From positions 10,343,625 to 10,407,624 of the forward strand of contig CM082579.2 in the NCBI GenBank assembly GCA_040954595.2: 64,000 bases of DNA, read 5' to 3'. The translations under genes were made by a program, and so were the position numbers. The number at the start of each line of letters is the position of its first letter. Position 1 is the stretch's first letter. Below are positions 26,317-38,621 of the stretch, piece by piece. The notes beneath the pieces are model-generated. The model was not told the origin of the DNA. It saw nothing but the letters and a program-made list of their open reading frames with translations, and searched no databases. This stretch comes from Balanoglossus misakiensis (taxonomy: Eukaryota; Animalia; Hemichordata).

Positions 26317-28896
26317 CTATTGTTTCCTCTTGCCACTCTTGGGTTTTTCTTTCTTTTTCCCCGAGAAAAGCCAACCAGTGAGTACCTCCGACACATCCGG
26401 TAAATCTTGTTTCGGTGTTAACATGTTCATAGATGACTGCATTTCCTGAAGAAATAGGGAAAATTGTCATTTTGGATATAAAAACTTGCTTAGATCAGAC
26501 AGACTGGATGTAGTTTACGATTTTTTGTTGATGTAGATGACAAGAATTCAAAAGCAGGCCTTGGGAAATAGGAGGCAATGATCATGCAAAATGCCACTTT
26601 CATGACCTTTATAATCCGAAGCATTGTTTTTGTTGACAATTTCTGATCAACTAGTTTGGGCAGATTAAATTTTCTATTCAATACACAACGCATCAGACTG
26701 TACTGGCAAATGGAATATTTGATGTTTCACCAAAACTAGCACGAAATCAAGCACTGAGCACTAAGATGTGTTAGCATACCGGTATACCTTGATTCACATG
26801 CCTGTGTAATTCTAGGGGTAAGGCACCCTCACAACCGGCAGATTTTGTATATATCATGCCCCAGTCCGGTTGCCCAAATAAGGTCATTGGTAAATGTAAA
26901 ACATTTTTTATTTTACTGATACTTATGGCAATCATAAGGTACATGATAAATCCTGATATGGGATTTTCGGACCTCGGTCGTACAGCACTCACACCCAGCC
27001 CCTCACTGGCGCTGGCCGTGAGGGGACTTCTGCCGCAAGACCTCGGTTTGCAAATTCGCTATCAGTGCTGTAAAGATCAACATTTTATACACCTACCTTT
27101 TGCACATCTGGATCCTGTGTGTTCATCATTTTTGGCAGAACAAACAGCAGAAGCAAGGGTAATACCATCATTAAAACCTGGGAAAGTAATGAAGAAGTTT
27201 ACAGGCATGAAACGAGTATATAATCTTGCTTTTCCCTGTTATAAACCATAGACAGTAGAAAAGTCTATCTCTTTTCCTACTACGTGTACTGGTGTGAATC
27301 CACAAAATCTTTCCGAGCTGAAGATGTACATCACAACTTTGGCCTGGGTCAAATTTTATTTTGGCCTATGCAGGTTAGACCTTGTGAAGTTTTTGCCAGG
27401 TGAGATGAAGGTTTAGGCAGGGTCTGCAGGCAGCCCAGGTTTCAGCCGAGTGCATTTTAGGCTAAGCTAGCTGCCCTAACCCTTCTGTACATGTACAAGA
27501 CTCACAAATATTATATACATGCGGTTGATGTTAAACGCTACAATGTTTCATCAAACCTACACAATACTATCACATATTTAGACTACCAATTCAGAGAAAC
27601 AGATACAGGCATGCTATCACAGCATTACTTGTCCTTCCTTACCATAGGATTCATAAGGAAATCGGTGACCTTCCACTGTTCCCTCTTCTGAAAATAATGT
27701 GTTTGACCTTTAGCTTTGAAGCGGAGGGGATAGTTCATTGTAATAACTGATGTGGTCTGTAAGTAATTGAGTTTCCTGGCTCTGATTTTACCCTTGGATG
27801 TGATATCCACTCTGGCTGGTTCAAATGCATATTTTGGGTTAGATACCTCAATGACATAGGAGCCTGAAGGCACATTGTTGACAGTGAAGCTACCATCTGA
27901 CCTGAAAAGCAAGAATACGTTATGAACATGAATTACTAGTATATTGCAGTCTCCTATTCAGTGTTCCAGCCAGGATGGCATCAACAGGGGGGGGGGGGGG
28001 GGGGGGGATCGTCCTGGCCCATTTTCCATAATATTTCGGGGGGGGGGGGATTACACTCTAGCACGGGGGAATATGGGCACCAAACTTGGTAACTGAGTTG
28101 ACAACAGATATGCTACAGAAAGTTGAATGGGCACTAACACAGACGGTCTTGCACTACATGTATGTGTAACTGTAAACATACATGATACATACAAATATTA
28201 AGATTACTGTATGTATGTCATTGTTTATGTCTGAGTACTGCAAGTTGTGTAGAGAAGCTCACCCAGGAGCTGATGGATAGGAGAATGGGATCTTCAGTTT
28301 GACTGTGACGTGACACTCAGCAAAAGCGAAACCGGTAAATTACTAACTGGTTTACAATCTGGAATGGATTGCATCCCCTTCCAAGTTCTAGCTCCATGGT
28401 TTATAGGGATAAACTCTCTCACAGCCCCTCTCGTCGTCCATGCAGGCTTATGGTCTGATTGCATTTGTGCCCGGTGAGCTACACAACACCAAACGGTGCT
28501 TCTCCCTTGCCAAACGGTTGAGGGCGCGTCAGTGAAGAGCCTTGTAGCGAACCGTGGGCTGTGAGAGAGTCTACATGGTTTACTACATGTACATGTACAT
28601 GTATGGATCCACTAAAACCAGCATAGGGCAATGAGGCGGTGGATCGGCTAACACAGCACATCATGCGAGACAGTTTTGGCAAATTCAACGTGAATGTACG
28701 AAACTTACTTGAGAAAGCCGATGTATTGGCCTCCATCAACGAGAATTCTTGTGTTGGGAAGCCATTCCTGCGTTTTAGTTCCAGAAACGCTCACTCTGCC
28801 CTCTATTCTGTATGTTTCTTCCGACTGTGGCTCTTCTTCGGCAAATACATGGTTGATATTTAAGCCACACAACAGTAAAATAATCGAACGTATCAT
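26317..28896 (-). CDS. EMC7: ER membrane protein complex subunit 7
   Basis: Exons 28896-28709, 27901-27643, 27177-27097, 26445-26317. Signal peptide, then [32 protein letters not shown]...[20 protein letters not shown]...[52 protein letters not shown]...LPDVSE, with a basic tail. Confidence 0.97.
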
Positions 28897-29336
28897 TTTC
28901 AACTTAAATACTAATAAAACGTTCCTTATAATGTCACAAATTATGAAAAATTAAGAGTTCTGTACATATGACGAAACTGCTCGAATCTCGGTGCTCCACG
29001 GTTAGCTCTACACGCCACAACGAGGTTGGGGCATCCCATTAGTATACGGGTAGGGCGCCGATGAAATTGGCATAATGAAACGATTGTACAGAAAAGAAAC
29101 TGCTTCATTGATGTATTTAAATATTTCCCGAACCCTTTTATTTTCAAGTGAACAACGTTTTTTTGTAGTATGTCGTGGACATGGTAAATTCTGACGATTT
29201 CTCATAGAAACCATGCCCCAAACTTAATGAACGTGTCTAAGAAGTTATTAACATTAAAAACATGGCGGCCTCCATATAATTTAGACCCTTTGGCTCGTTT
29301 CACAGCTATTTGCGACAGAATCATCGATATGACGTG
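28897..29336. promoter_or_regulatory. Bidirectional promoter of EMC7/MFSD6-like, plus probable non-coding first exon of the MFSD6-like gene
   Basis: CpG-rich; YY1-like ACATGGCGGC at ~29260; donor GTG|GTAAGT at 29336; next acceptor TTTCAG| at 34585. Confidence 0.55.
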
Positions 29337-31970
29337 GTAAGTTTTATACTTTTCCTATCAGAAAAATAGCTTTCTTCGTGTGCCGAGTCAGATCAAGGTC
29401 TCGGATGAGAAATGAGAAAATTGTCTTGAAGCAGACATCTGAAAGGGAAAGTGGACGAAATATCGAACAATGATTGAATGAATGAATGAATGAATCTCTG
29501 TATGTATTTACAACCGGTCTCCGATTATACACTATGCATATACTTTCACTATCGCCCTTTCTTTATTCAGATGTTTGTGATTTTGTTATATTTTAGAGCT
29601 GTAATTCACGCGGACGCGCCCAAGTTAGTACATCAATATCAGTAATCGCGCTATAGAATTAATTTCTACAAGAAATTCTCGTTCGTTTGTGTTGAGACAT
29701 TATTCTTGAGATCTTGGTGCCCTTAAACAGACGTAAGTTCATGTGCCCAATTAATTTTCACTGAAAAGAATTAGAATTAATATTTTGATAATTGAATATC
29801 CTTGCCATATCGTTAGATTTCTGCCTCCTCCCACTTTGTGTGTGTGTGTTTGTGGGGGGGGGGGGGTAATCAGCAAATCACGTTCCGATATGCGTCACCA
29901 TTGTCTGTGATGTCTATGTTGCGTATGACTCATCATTTGCCCCCCCCCCGAAAACAACAACAACAATTAAAGCTGCAAGCAGCGTTGAAGGGGCCCAAGC
30001 ATAGAGTGAATAACCATTAGACTCCATTCAGGGTTGTACCATTCAAATGCGTAGGCTGTATTTGCTCTCGATGTTGAGATATGGGGAAGTAGGCAACCAC
30101 CCGAAATGCATGTCCTACAAGTACAAACACAACAACCAAAGGTGAACTTCTACGTTGTAAGTACTTCAGTGAGTACATCAAAGGTCAGCTGAGGGTACCC
30201 AAAATTGGGCCAAAAATTAGGATTCTTATTTGGTTCATATTCAAGACAACGGAAAATCACCGCCCTTCGGGTTTGTCAAATTAGATATGGCCATAATAAT
30301 GAGTTACGCAAGTAAGTTACAGGTGGCCCCAGGAATTCAGCATGTCATGACGCAGAGGGTCCTACCCTCCCCCTCCAAACACCTGGCTATATATGATGTG
30401 CGAGCTAACATATGGAAAGCAGGTCAATGGACACCTGAGGTCACCCGAAAATTTGACAAAAAATGTTCATTCCTGTTTATGTCATGTGCAACAAATCCTG
30501 CATTTGCAGCCCTTCCACTTTGCCTACTATTAGGTATGCGTGTAATACATGAATCAAGTAGGTGTCACAGGTATCCCCTTGTATTTGGCATTTCATGATA
30601 GTTTCATCCCTCCAAATACCAAAGCTGCACCTGTACAACGTGCTGAGATGTGGCACTGTACGACAGAGGTCATCAAATCACCTTATACATTTGGGCAAAA
30701 ACCAACTGACACTTACATTCGTCCCTGTGGAACTGAAACCCCACATATCGACCTGTTGGTTAGTGTAAAATTACATGTACACAATCAATGACTTAGGCAG
30801 GTGCAACAGGTGACTCCGCCTTTGGTATATCATTATGGACCCATCCGTATATCCCCCACGCCAAAGCTGCATGCATCTGCTGTTATTCACTAAGCAAAAG
30901 TATGTGAAATGTCACACAAGGTCGCCCACAACGTGACAGGAAAATCGGACTTCATATTGATCCATGTGCAACAAAAACCACGCTAGCATCCCTTTCATTG
31001 ACCCCACAATTGCGCATGCACATAATTGAGTTACGCAGGTATCACAGGTGACCCCCGAATCGGGTGTATTATTTTGGTCCCATACAGCTGCATGAAGCTG
31101 CGTGCCATTACGGGCGACCTGATAACCCCCACGGCCACCTGCGGGCCAACCCCCATACTGAACGTCCAGTTGCAACGTCACGACTGAGGTAGGAACTTTT
31201 GAACGGCAATGAAGCCTGATCTCTGATTATTGCTGGTACCATACTCCCTTCGTGCAAGAAAATCACTGGTCTGCTTACGTATTCGGCCGATTTCCTGAAC
31301 TAATACCCACTACATGTGACTACCATGCTAATGAAACCTGACTCGCCCATTAGCGACTGAGGGTCAAAGTCTGCTGCCGCTATGTTAACCAGTGTAGCCG
31401 GGTCTGGATACAAACATTTGCACAGCAACAGCTAACAAACTCAGCGTACTTCAATAATACGCCCTAACACAGCCTGAACTCCGATCATGTGTTGTCCCAA
31501 AATTCATTCCGTGGAAAATAATCACTGGTCTGTTTACGTATTTCAGCCGATTTTCCAACGAAGTGTGTACCCTGCTAATGAGACCTCCGCAGGATTATGT
31601 AATGACAGTGAAAGTCCGATACCCCAGTGTCCGTCCTCAGCCCACCAAAAAATGCGAAAAATATTACAAAAATCTTCTTCTCAAAATCGACGTGGCCTAG
31701 GACCTTGAAATTTGGCACAGGGGATTTTGGTCACATGGTCTACAAAAATCGCGAAAAGAATGTACATGCCGCCATTAACGTGCAAATTAGGTCAATTTGA
31801 AAATTTCGCTCGATTATAGCCACCAAGTCACGAGACTAATTACAAAATGAAAGGGCAGGTGCACCAGTACTCATGTACTCCCACCACCGTGCGAAGTTTC
31901 ATGAACGTGCGTCCAGGAAATTTTGAGAAAAATGGGAGCAAAAAAACGACTCAAGAAGAAAGAAGAAATA

Positions 31971-33372
31971 TAGCTGCAAGCAGCGATGACGGGCCCAAGC
32001 TTAAGCCGAAGGTCAGAGGTCATAAGTGGTCACCCAAAATTTGGGCAAGAAATGTTGACCCCATACTGGTCCGTGTCCCACAAGAACAAAATCTCTAGCC
32101 CTATTGGTTCACCTACGATTATGTATGTGCATAGTTAATGAGGTAAAGTGTAAGGCTCCATCAGGAGTTCCATCCCTCCAAATGCCAAGGCTGTAGCTGC
32201 TGTGCATGCCGAGATATGATAAAGTAGGTCAAAGGTCACCTGAGGTCACCCAAAATTTGGGAAAGAAATTTTGACCCCATACTGGTCCATGTTCAGCAAA
32301 AATTAAACCTCTAGCCCTATTGGTTAGCCTGGAATTAGGTATGCACATAATTAATGAGATAAGCAGGTGTCACAGGTGACCCCTAATTTTGGCTTTTAAA
32401 TTTTAGTCCCAACCCTCCAAACGCCAAGTCTGTACCTGCTCTGGAAGCGGAGATATAGGAAAGTAGGTCAAAGGTCACCTGAGGTCACCCAAAATTTGGG
32501 CAAGAAATTTTGACCCTATACTGGTCCATGTTCAACAAAAACCAAACCTATAACCCTATTGGTTGGCCTTGAATTAGGTATGCACATAATTAATGAGATA
32601 AGCAGGTGTCACAGGTGACCCCCAATTTTGGCTTTTAAATTTTAGTCCCAACCCTCCAAACGCCAAGTCTGTACCTTCTCTGGATGCCGAGATATATGAA
32701 AGTAGGTCAAAGGTCACCTGAGGTCACCCAAAATTTGGTCATTTTTTTTTACCCTATACTGGTCCATGTCCCACAAGCACAAAACCTCTAGCCCTATTAG
32801 TTAGCCAAGAATTAGGTATGCACATAATTAATGAGTTAAGCAGGTGTTACAGGTGAGCCCAAAATTTTGCCTTTTATTTTGGTCCCATTTTGCTCACGGC
32901 CCAATAGAGAGTCACAGTACAGGACCATTGCACAGATGTGGACATAGCATCATAGCCTAACTATAGAAAGTATAGGCCTATGGCTGGGTCAAAAAGATAT
33001 GAAATATAATATTTACAAATCTTCTTCTCAAAATTGACTTGGCCCAGAGCCTTGAAATCTGGCATGTAGGACACTGACCATATGGTCCGCAAAATTATTT
33101 CACAGAATTTTGATATCGTCATTCATATGCAAATTAGGCCCATTTGAAAACTTTGCCCATATATGGTCGTCAGGTCATGTGACTAATTACACATTCACGA
33201 GGGTACTGCACGAGCTCTCATAGACCTGCACCATTGTGCCAAGTTTGAGATGCGTAGCTTCAGCCATTTCCAAGATCCTAGTTGGCAAAAAAACTGCACA
33301 AGAAAAAGAAGTAGAAGAAAAAACAGGGTAAAACCAATAGGGCACAAGCGCCTGAGGGCGCTTGTGCCCTAA
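31971..33372 (+). mobile_element. Inner Helentron/HINE-like element
   Basis: 5' TAGCTGCAAGCAGCG...GGGCCCAAGC; tandem ~240-bp units; segment 33015-33310 resembles 31668-31968; 3' hairpin TAGGGCACAAGCGCC-TGAG-GGCGCTTGTGCCCTA at 33338-33371, whose right arm is inverted to the 5' GGGCCCAAGC (subterminal inverted repeat). Confidence 0.75.
32010..32900 (+). repeat. Tandem satellite-like array, ~239-bp unit, about 3.7 copies
   Basis: AAGTAGGTCAAAGGTCACCTGAGGTCACCCAAAATTTGG recurs at 32222, 32461 and 32700, with a diverged copy at ~32010. Confidence 0.9.
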
Positions 33373-34702
33373 AAACTCCAGCAATAACAGAAGGGGACCG
33401 AGCGCCTGAGGGCGCTCGGTCCCCTAATAACTGTTTCCGTTTACATTATTCTTAGCCAATGTTGTAAAGACCCTACAAAGAAAAACCTTCGTCCAAAAAG
33501 TACGTCACACTATTTGAGTTTCAGACTGAAACCATAATATAACTCATCCTTGCTTTTTGTGTGAATTCGACCCATTGAACTTGAAGAAGGGAATATTTCA
33601 TCCATGCAGTTTGAACCTGTTTTAACAACTTCTTTAAGTTATTGGCATCATTTATTTTGAAATTGATGCATTTCATGGGAGTTTTTAGTCGTTTCAGTTA
33701 ATGATCAATAATTTAACTATCACCAGTCAGTGTGCTCTCTATAAACAAACGTAATATTTGAAAGCTTTGAGTCAAATTTATGATTTCTTAAAATTACTGA
33801 GCCAGCCTTATACCTTTGCATTTACTGCTTGGCATTTCCTGGTTTCCTTCCGAACAAATCATTACCGGGGGTTAGTCAGTGCATTCATGCCAGTTTAAAC
33901 CAGGCTTCAGTGAAAACAATTTGTAAAACCCACTCTCCAAATGTCAAGTGCCATTTTCTCTAGCTCAGCTCCAGATGCTTAATGTGTATATATCATGAAG
34001 AACTCAGGCGATGTCACTAAAACTACATAGAGTGTTTGCTTGTCACAAGACACACATGATGCATATTGTCAAGAACTCTGAAGTAGTTTGCCTATTTTCA
34101 CTTGACAGTCACTTGCAATATAGGTCAGTCTTCCATGATCTCTGCGGTCACTGTTATAGTGAAATGCGACGGAATTTGAGTTCTATTTACAACACACATT
34201 AATTTTGCCACAAAATACATATTATTTAAATTTATAATTCTTTGTATTAAGCAAAGTCAATGGCCATGATGGCCGTTTTGTCTTTTTTCTATTCACTTGT
34301 TGTGCTGTTAGTGTTTGTATCATTTGAATGACGTGTAATACGATAAAGGCGTAGATGTAATCCTCTTTTAAAAACATGGTTTGCCTGTAAGCAAAGCTCT
34401 AAGTTTGACCTTTATTCTAGAAAGTACGCTGGAGCTACATGTAAGCTTGACACTTTGAAGGTCAAAAATAGAACATCAGTGATGTCAACGTTTGTGATTT
34501 GTTACTTGGAAATATGAATTTTGATTCATCTATTTATAGCTTTCTGTCTTGAGTTCATCTAAATCAGAACAATTTTGTATTTCAGCCAGCATGTGTGTAT
34601 CATTGCTGTAGAAGTCCACCAGAAGTAGGCCTGTGGTAGAGTGTTTTGGGTCAGATTATAGATCTTTTATGACCATTGCTTGCTGAAACTCTACCGGACA
34701 TC

Positions 34703-37700
34703 ATGGTCAAGTGTGAAGTCAACAAGGTTTTCCTTCCTGTCAAGGCAGTGTACTTCTTCTATTTATCTGGTAAGTACTCCCCAGCTACTTACAAGCTGCC
34801 AATAGCCAGTTGTTGTTCTTACAGACTGCGTTAATTGCAATCAAAACCTAAAGAATTTTTAGCAAGGAAGACATGATATTATTTTCTGCAAGTTTTCCAT
34901 AGAAATAATCCTCCTTCATGATTGGCTGGCTAGTCTGGTTTCCTGCCCAAATTCTACCACTGGTAGCACTGTGCTGATGATAAAGTGTCACTTTACAAAG
35001 CACCTTTTTAGTCAGAATTGTACAGCCAGTGGTAGATTTGAGGTATGCAATCATGCTAGTAACTGAACTTTCAAATCCAAATAGAATATGCCTTTTTAAG
35101 GATACAAAAAACAAAGGGAGCAAAATATCTGGTTGTGGAAGACATTTTACTAACAGCTAGTACAATGGAGATTTTTGAAATATTAACAACATCATACACC
35201 TGTAGCAATTTATTTTCCCTAGCAGGAAAATGTCTGCATCCTGGATTGCTGACCCTATTCCAAATAATTTTACTAGAATTTAATCTTCTGGGTCATCATA
35301 ATATTTTTATGTTTTTTTTTATTATTTTCCAGCCAAAGCCGTTCTGAGCCCATATCTCCCAGTGTATTTCAACCAACTGGGTATCTCCACCTTGCATATC
35401 GGCATCATCTGTGGTCTAGAGCCATTCGTCGGGTTACTATTCAAGCCGCTTTGGGGAATGCTGGCCGATAGATTCAACAAACACAAGTTGGTTCTCCTCT
35501 CTGGGATGATAATGAGCATGATTTTCATCATGTCGTGCCGGTTTGTGCCGGGATACCGCCACCACCACATCTTGGAAATGATTCAGTTTGAGAACCAGTC
35601 GCTGTGCAATAAATCCAGCGTGGAACCAACCAAGGAAGGCAGCTCGGCGGAATTACTCAACAAGTCGCATTCCCAAAGAGACATATCATGGATGGCGGCC
35701 AAAGTGCTGTGTTGCACGTGTTGCAACACGAAGGCAGTCAGTCATTTGCCGGACGGATACGCTTATAACTATCTCGACGTTCTCAAGGAGTGCTTGAACA
35801 TGTCGGCGTACTGGGACTGCGATACCTGCATAAAGACTTCAAATGTCCACCTCAATAGGACTAACACCACGAGTTACTTGACGCAAAGCACTCACAACTG
35901 TAGCAGCAGCAGCAGTACTACCTACGATGATAGTGACGTCATGCGTTTCATTATAGCACCATACTCCTCAGTGCCTAAGAATGCCACACAGGCAAGGTCG
36001 CTCTGCCCCGAAGAGTGTTCTCTGGGCCAGAGCGAAGCGTCTGTAGTGTGCGACTGCCCGGGTGAACTGTCAGAAGACGACACGGAAGGAAAGCCCGCAG
36101 TCATTTACAGTGTGCCGACAGAAGCACCAACGAATTCATCCAGCTTGCTCGACGACAGCAACATGTGCAATATCACAACAACTCAAGATAACAGTTCAGG
36201 AAATGTGGTACTGACATTTTGGCTGTGTTTGTTGCTCGTTCAACTCTCGGCAGTCTTCGGCTGCTTGGTGCAACCGCTGGTGGACTCGGCGGTCTACGAA
36301 CTCCTGGGCGAGAATCGGGGCGACTACGGCCGACAGCGACTCTGGGGGGCCGTCGGCTGGGGGTCCTTCGCCGTCATCTCGGGACTCATGATGGACGCAT
36401 TCAGTAACGATTTCACCGCGTCTGAAAAGAACTACGACGCGGCGTTCGCCATGTTCATCATCCTGGTGATCATCACCGCCGTCGTCGCGTCCCAGCTGCA
36501 GATGCCCGCGCAGTCACCCTCGCAGTTGTCGGGCAGCCTGGGTCTGCTGTTGCGCCAGGCCGACATTCTGGCGTTCCTGATGTTGATCACGGTGATGGGC
36601 ATGTGCTTCGGCACCATCGCCAGCTTTCTCTTCATCTACCTGCAGGAGATGGGCGCCCCGCAGGTGCTGATGGGGCTGTGCCTGACCGTGACCTGCGTCT
36701 CGGAAACCCCCTTCCTCTTCTACTCGGGCCACATCATCAAGTATCTGGGAAACAAGGGAGTGTTCTACGTGGTTCTCTTCAGTTACGTCGTCCGGTTCCT
36801 GGGGTATTCCTTCATCACGAATCCGTGGTTCGTCTTGCCGTTGGAGCTGCTTCACGGCATCACCTTCGGAGCCATGTACGCCGCTGTCACAAACTACGCC
36901 AGCATCATTGCACCGCCGGGAATGGCCGCCAGTGTACAGTCACTAGTTGCAACTTGTAACATGGGAATAGGTAAGGCCACAACGTGCATAATGTACAATT
37001 TAGAAAAGAGTTATTTCTCAGCTTTGTAAAGTGAATTTGTCAACTGAACAGAAACCAGTTCGATGTCAGATATTGTTTTTACAAAGGCACTTTTAGATAT
37101 TTGTTATGTATTGCCAGTAGATGATATCAGAACACAATTGTCAATGTTTCTGTAGATACATGTAATTGTACTCTTCAGTGATGGTCCATTGGCCTGTAAA
37201 GATATCCACTCACTCCCTCTGTGATTCTGTTTCATTTTTCAGCTATTAGAACTGTCTTCTGCCATTTTTTAGCCTTCTCCATATTGCAATGAATGAAGGA
37301 CATGCTCATTTACAAGGGTTCATATTTTGACAGGTAAAGGTCTGGGAGGACTGCTTAGTGGCATGATCTACAAAGCCTATGGAGGTAAAGTTCTCTTCCG
37401 TAGTTATGCAGGCTTGTGTTTCCTCACTGGACTTCTGTATTGGATCGTGCAATTTTGTGTTGTGCACAGGACACCATTCTACAGTAAATTCAGAACCAGG
37501 AATGAATCTGTGTCACTGCAAGGTAAGAGATTGTCATTTAAACATAGTAAATGCGAAAGTCTGGAATTGTTTGCAAAAACAATACATGGAATTGAAAGAT
37601 AGGGTTTATTATACCAATCTTTGACTCATGCCCATTGCTCAAACCATGTGATGGTCTTGTCTTTCTTTGTTAGAAATGGTACGGTTTACAAGTTAAACCA

Positions 37701-38621
37701 TACTTTGTTTCTTAGAAACTGTGGGTTCAATACGTCTACGTGCTCCTTCCATCACAACTTGGCCACGATCAAAGTTCTGTCTCACTATCACTACGTAGCT
37801 CAGGTCACACGAGATTGTGCAGTACCTACTACCCAGCATTCAGTGCACGTAAACCCTACGCTGGTAAGCCCAGCATATCAAAAGTTAGTCCAAAATAATG
37901 TCCTACTTTGGGTACTCTATAATTAGAGATTTATATCACTATCGGAAGAATTTGAACCTGTCTAGCGTTACGGCTGGACAAGCCTATGTATGATGGACGA
38001 CAAGGCGGGAACATTTGCGAACACAGAGAACCCCAAAATTGGGAAATCATCAGATAAATTTGCACTGATCACAAATGCCTCCAAAAACCATGTGTGTATG
38101 CAGTTATATATAATATTATTATTATTAACAGCACTGGTTTATTTTAAGATGACATTTTTGAATTGTTTCTAGAACCAGGTGATGACACTGCAGCTGATCG
38201 GGACATCCTTGAACTACTTGAAGAGGACGACATCATGATGCCACACAACAAAATGTCCTCTCGTGTCATGAAACTCAATCTACGATCTATAAACAGACCG
38301 CAACAAATAGCAAAATACGACCAGGATTCAGAAGCAGCCCGGGGTCTAATTCTCGACCTGTCACCGGTGGTCTCCGATATTTCACCCCCTCAAGGCGCCA
38401 ATGAGTTGTCTCCGAGCGTGACGAGCGTGTCGTCCCGCGTTCCCATGTTAGAGGCCGAGTCGTCGCGGGAACCAGCCGTCGGAGAAGACTCGGACACGGA
38501 GCTCCAAGTGCGTCTTCCTGCGCTGGGAATGGAGACATTCTACATAGACGACCAAATCGAAGATATTGCAATGGAGTATGACATGGGAAATGGGATGAGA
38601 GTCGGTGCAGACGACCTTTAA
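34703..38621 (+). CDS. MFSD6: Major facilitator superfamily domain-containing protein 6-like transporter
   Basis: Exons 34703-34769, 35333-36970, 37334-37522, 38173-38621. Motifs LPVKAVYFFY, PYLPVYFNQLG, PLWGMLADRF, DYGRQRLWGAVGWG, FLFIYLQEMG, ELLHGITFG and GIGKGLGGLLSG are typical of the MFSD6 family. Orthology versus paralogy is not established. Confidence 0.88.

Larger units (their letters stand above)
29969..33428 (+). mobile_element. Outer Helentron/HINE-like non-autonomous element, split by a nested relative
   Basis: 5' end AAAGCTGCAAGCAGCG...GGGCCCAAGC; degenerate ~240-bp internal repeats; AAG-rich tract at ~31953-31968; 3' hairpin AGGGGACCGAGCGCC-TGAG-GGCGCTCGGTCCCCT at 33392-33425. 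Confidence 0.7.

Noticed and set aside
27988-28048. Long poly-G runs (also poly-C at ~14914) as G-quadruplex elements
   Set aside because: Homopolymers occur in several places here, their length is error-prone, and there is no specific functional evidence.
32010-32900. CRISPR-like array
   Set aside because: Whole ~239-bp units are homologous with no unique spacers; eukaryotic context and no cas genes.
35588-36959. Overlapping alternative-frame and antisense ORFs inside the MFSD6-like exon
   Set aside because: Expected shadows of GC-rich codon usage.
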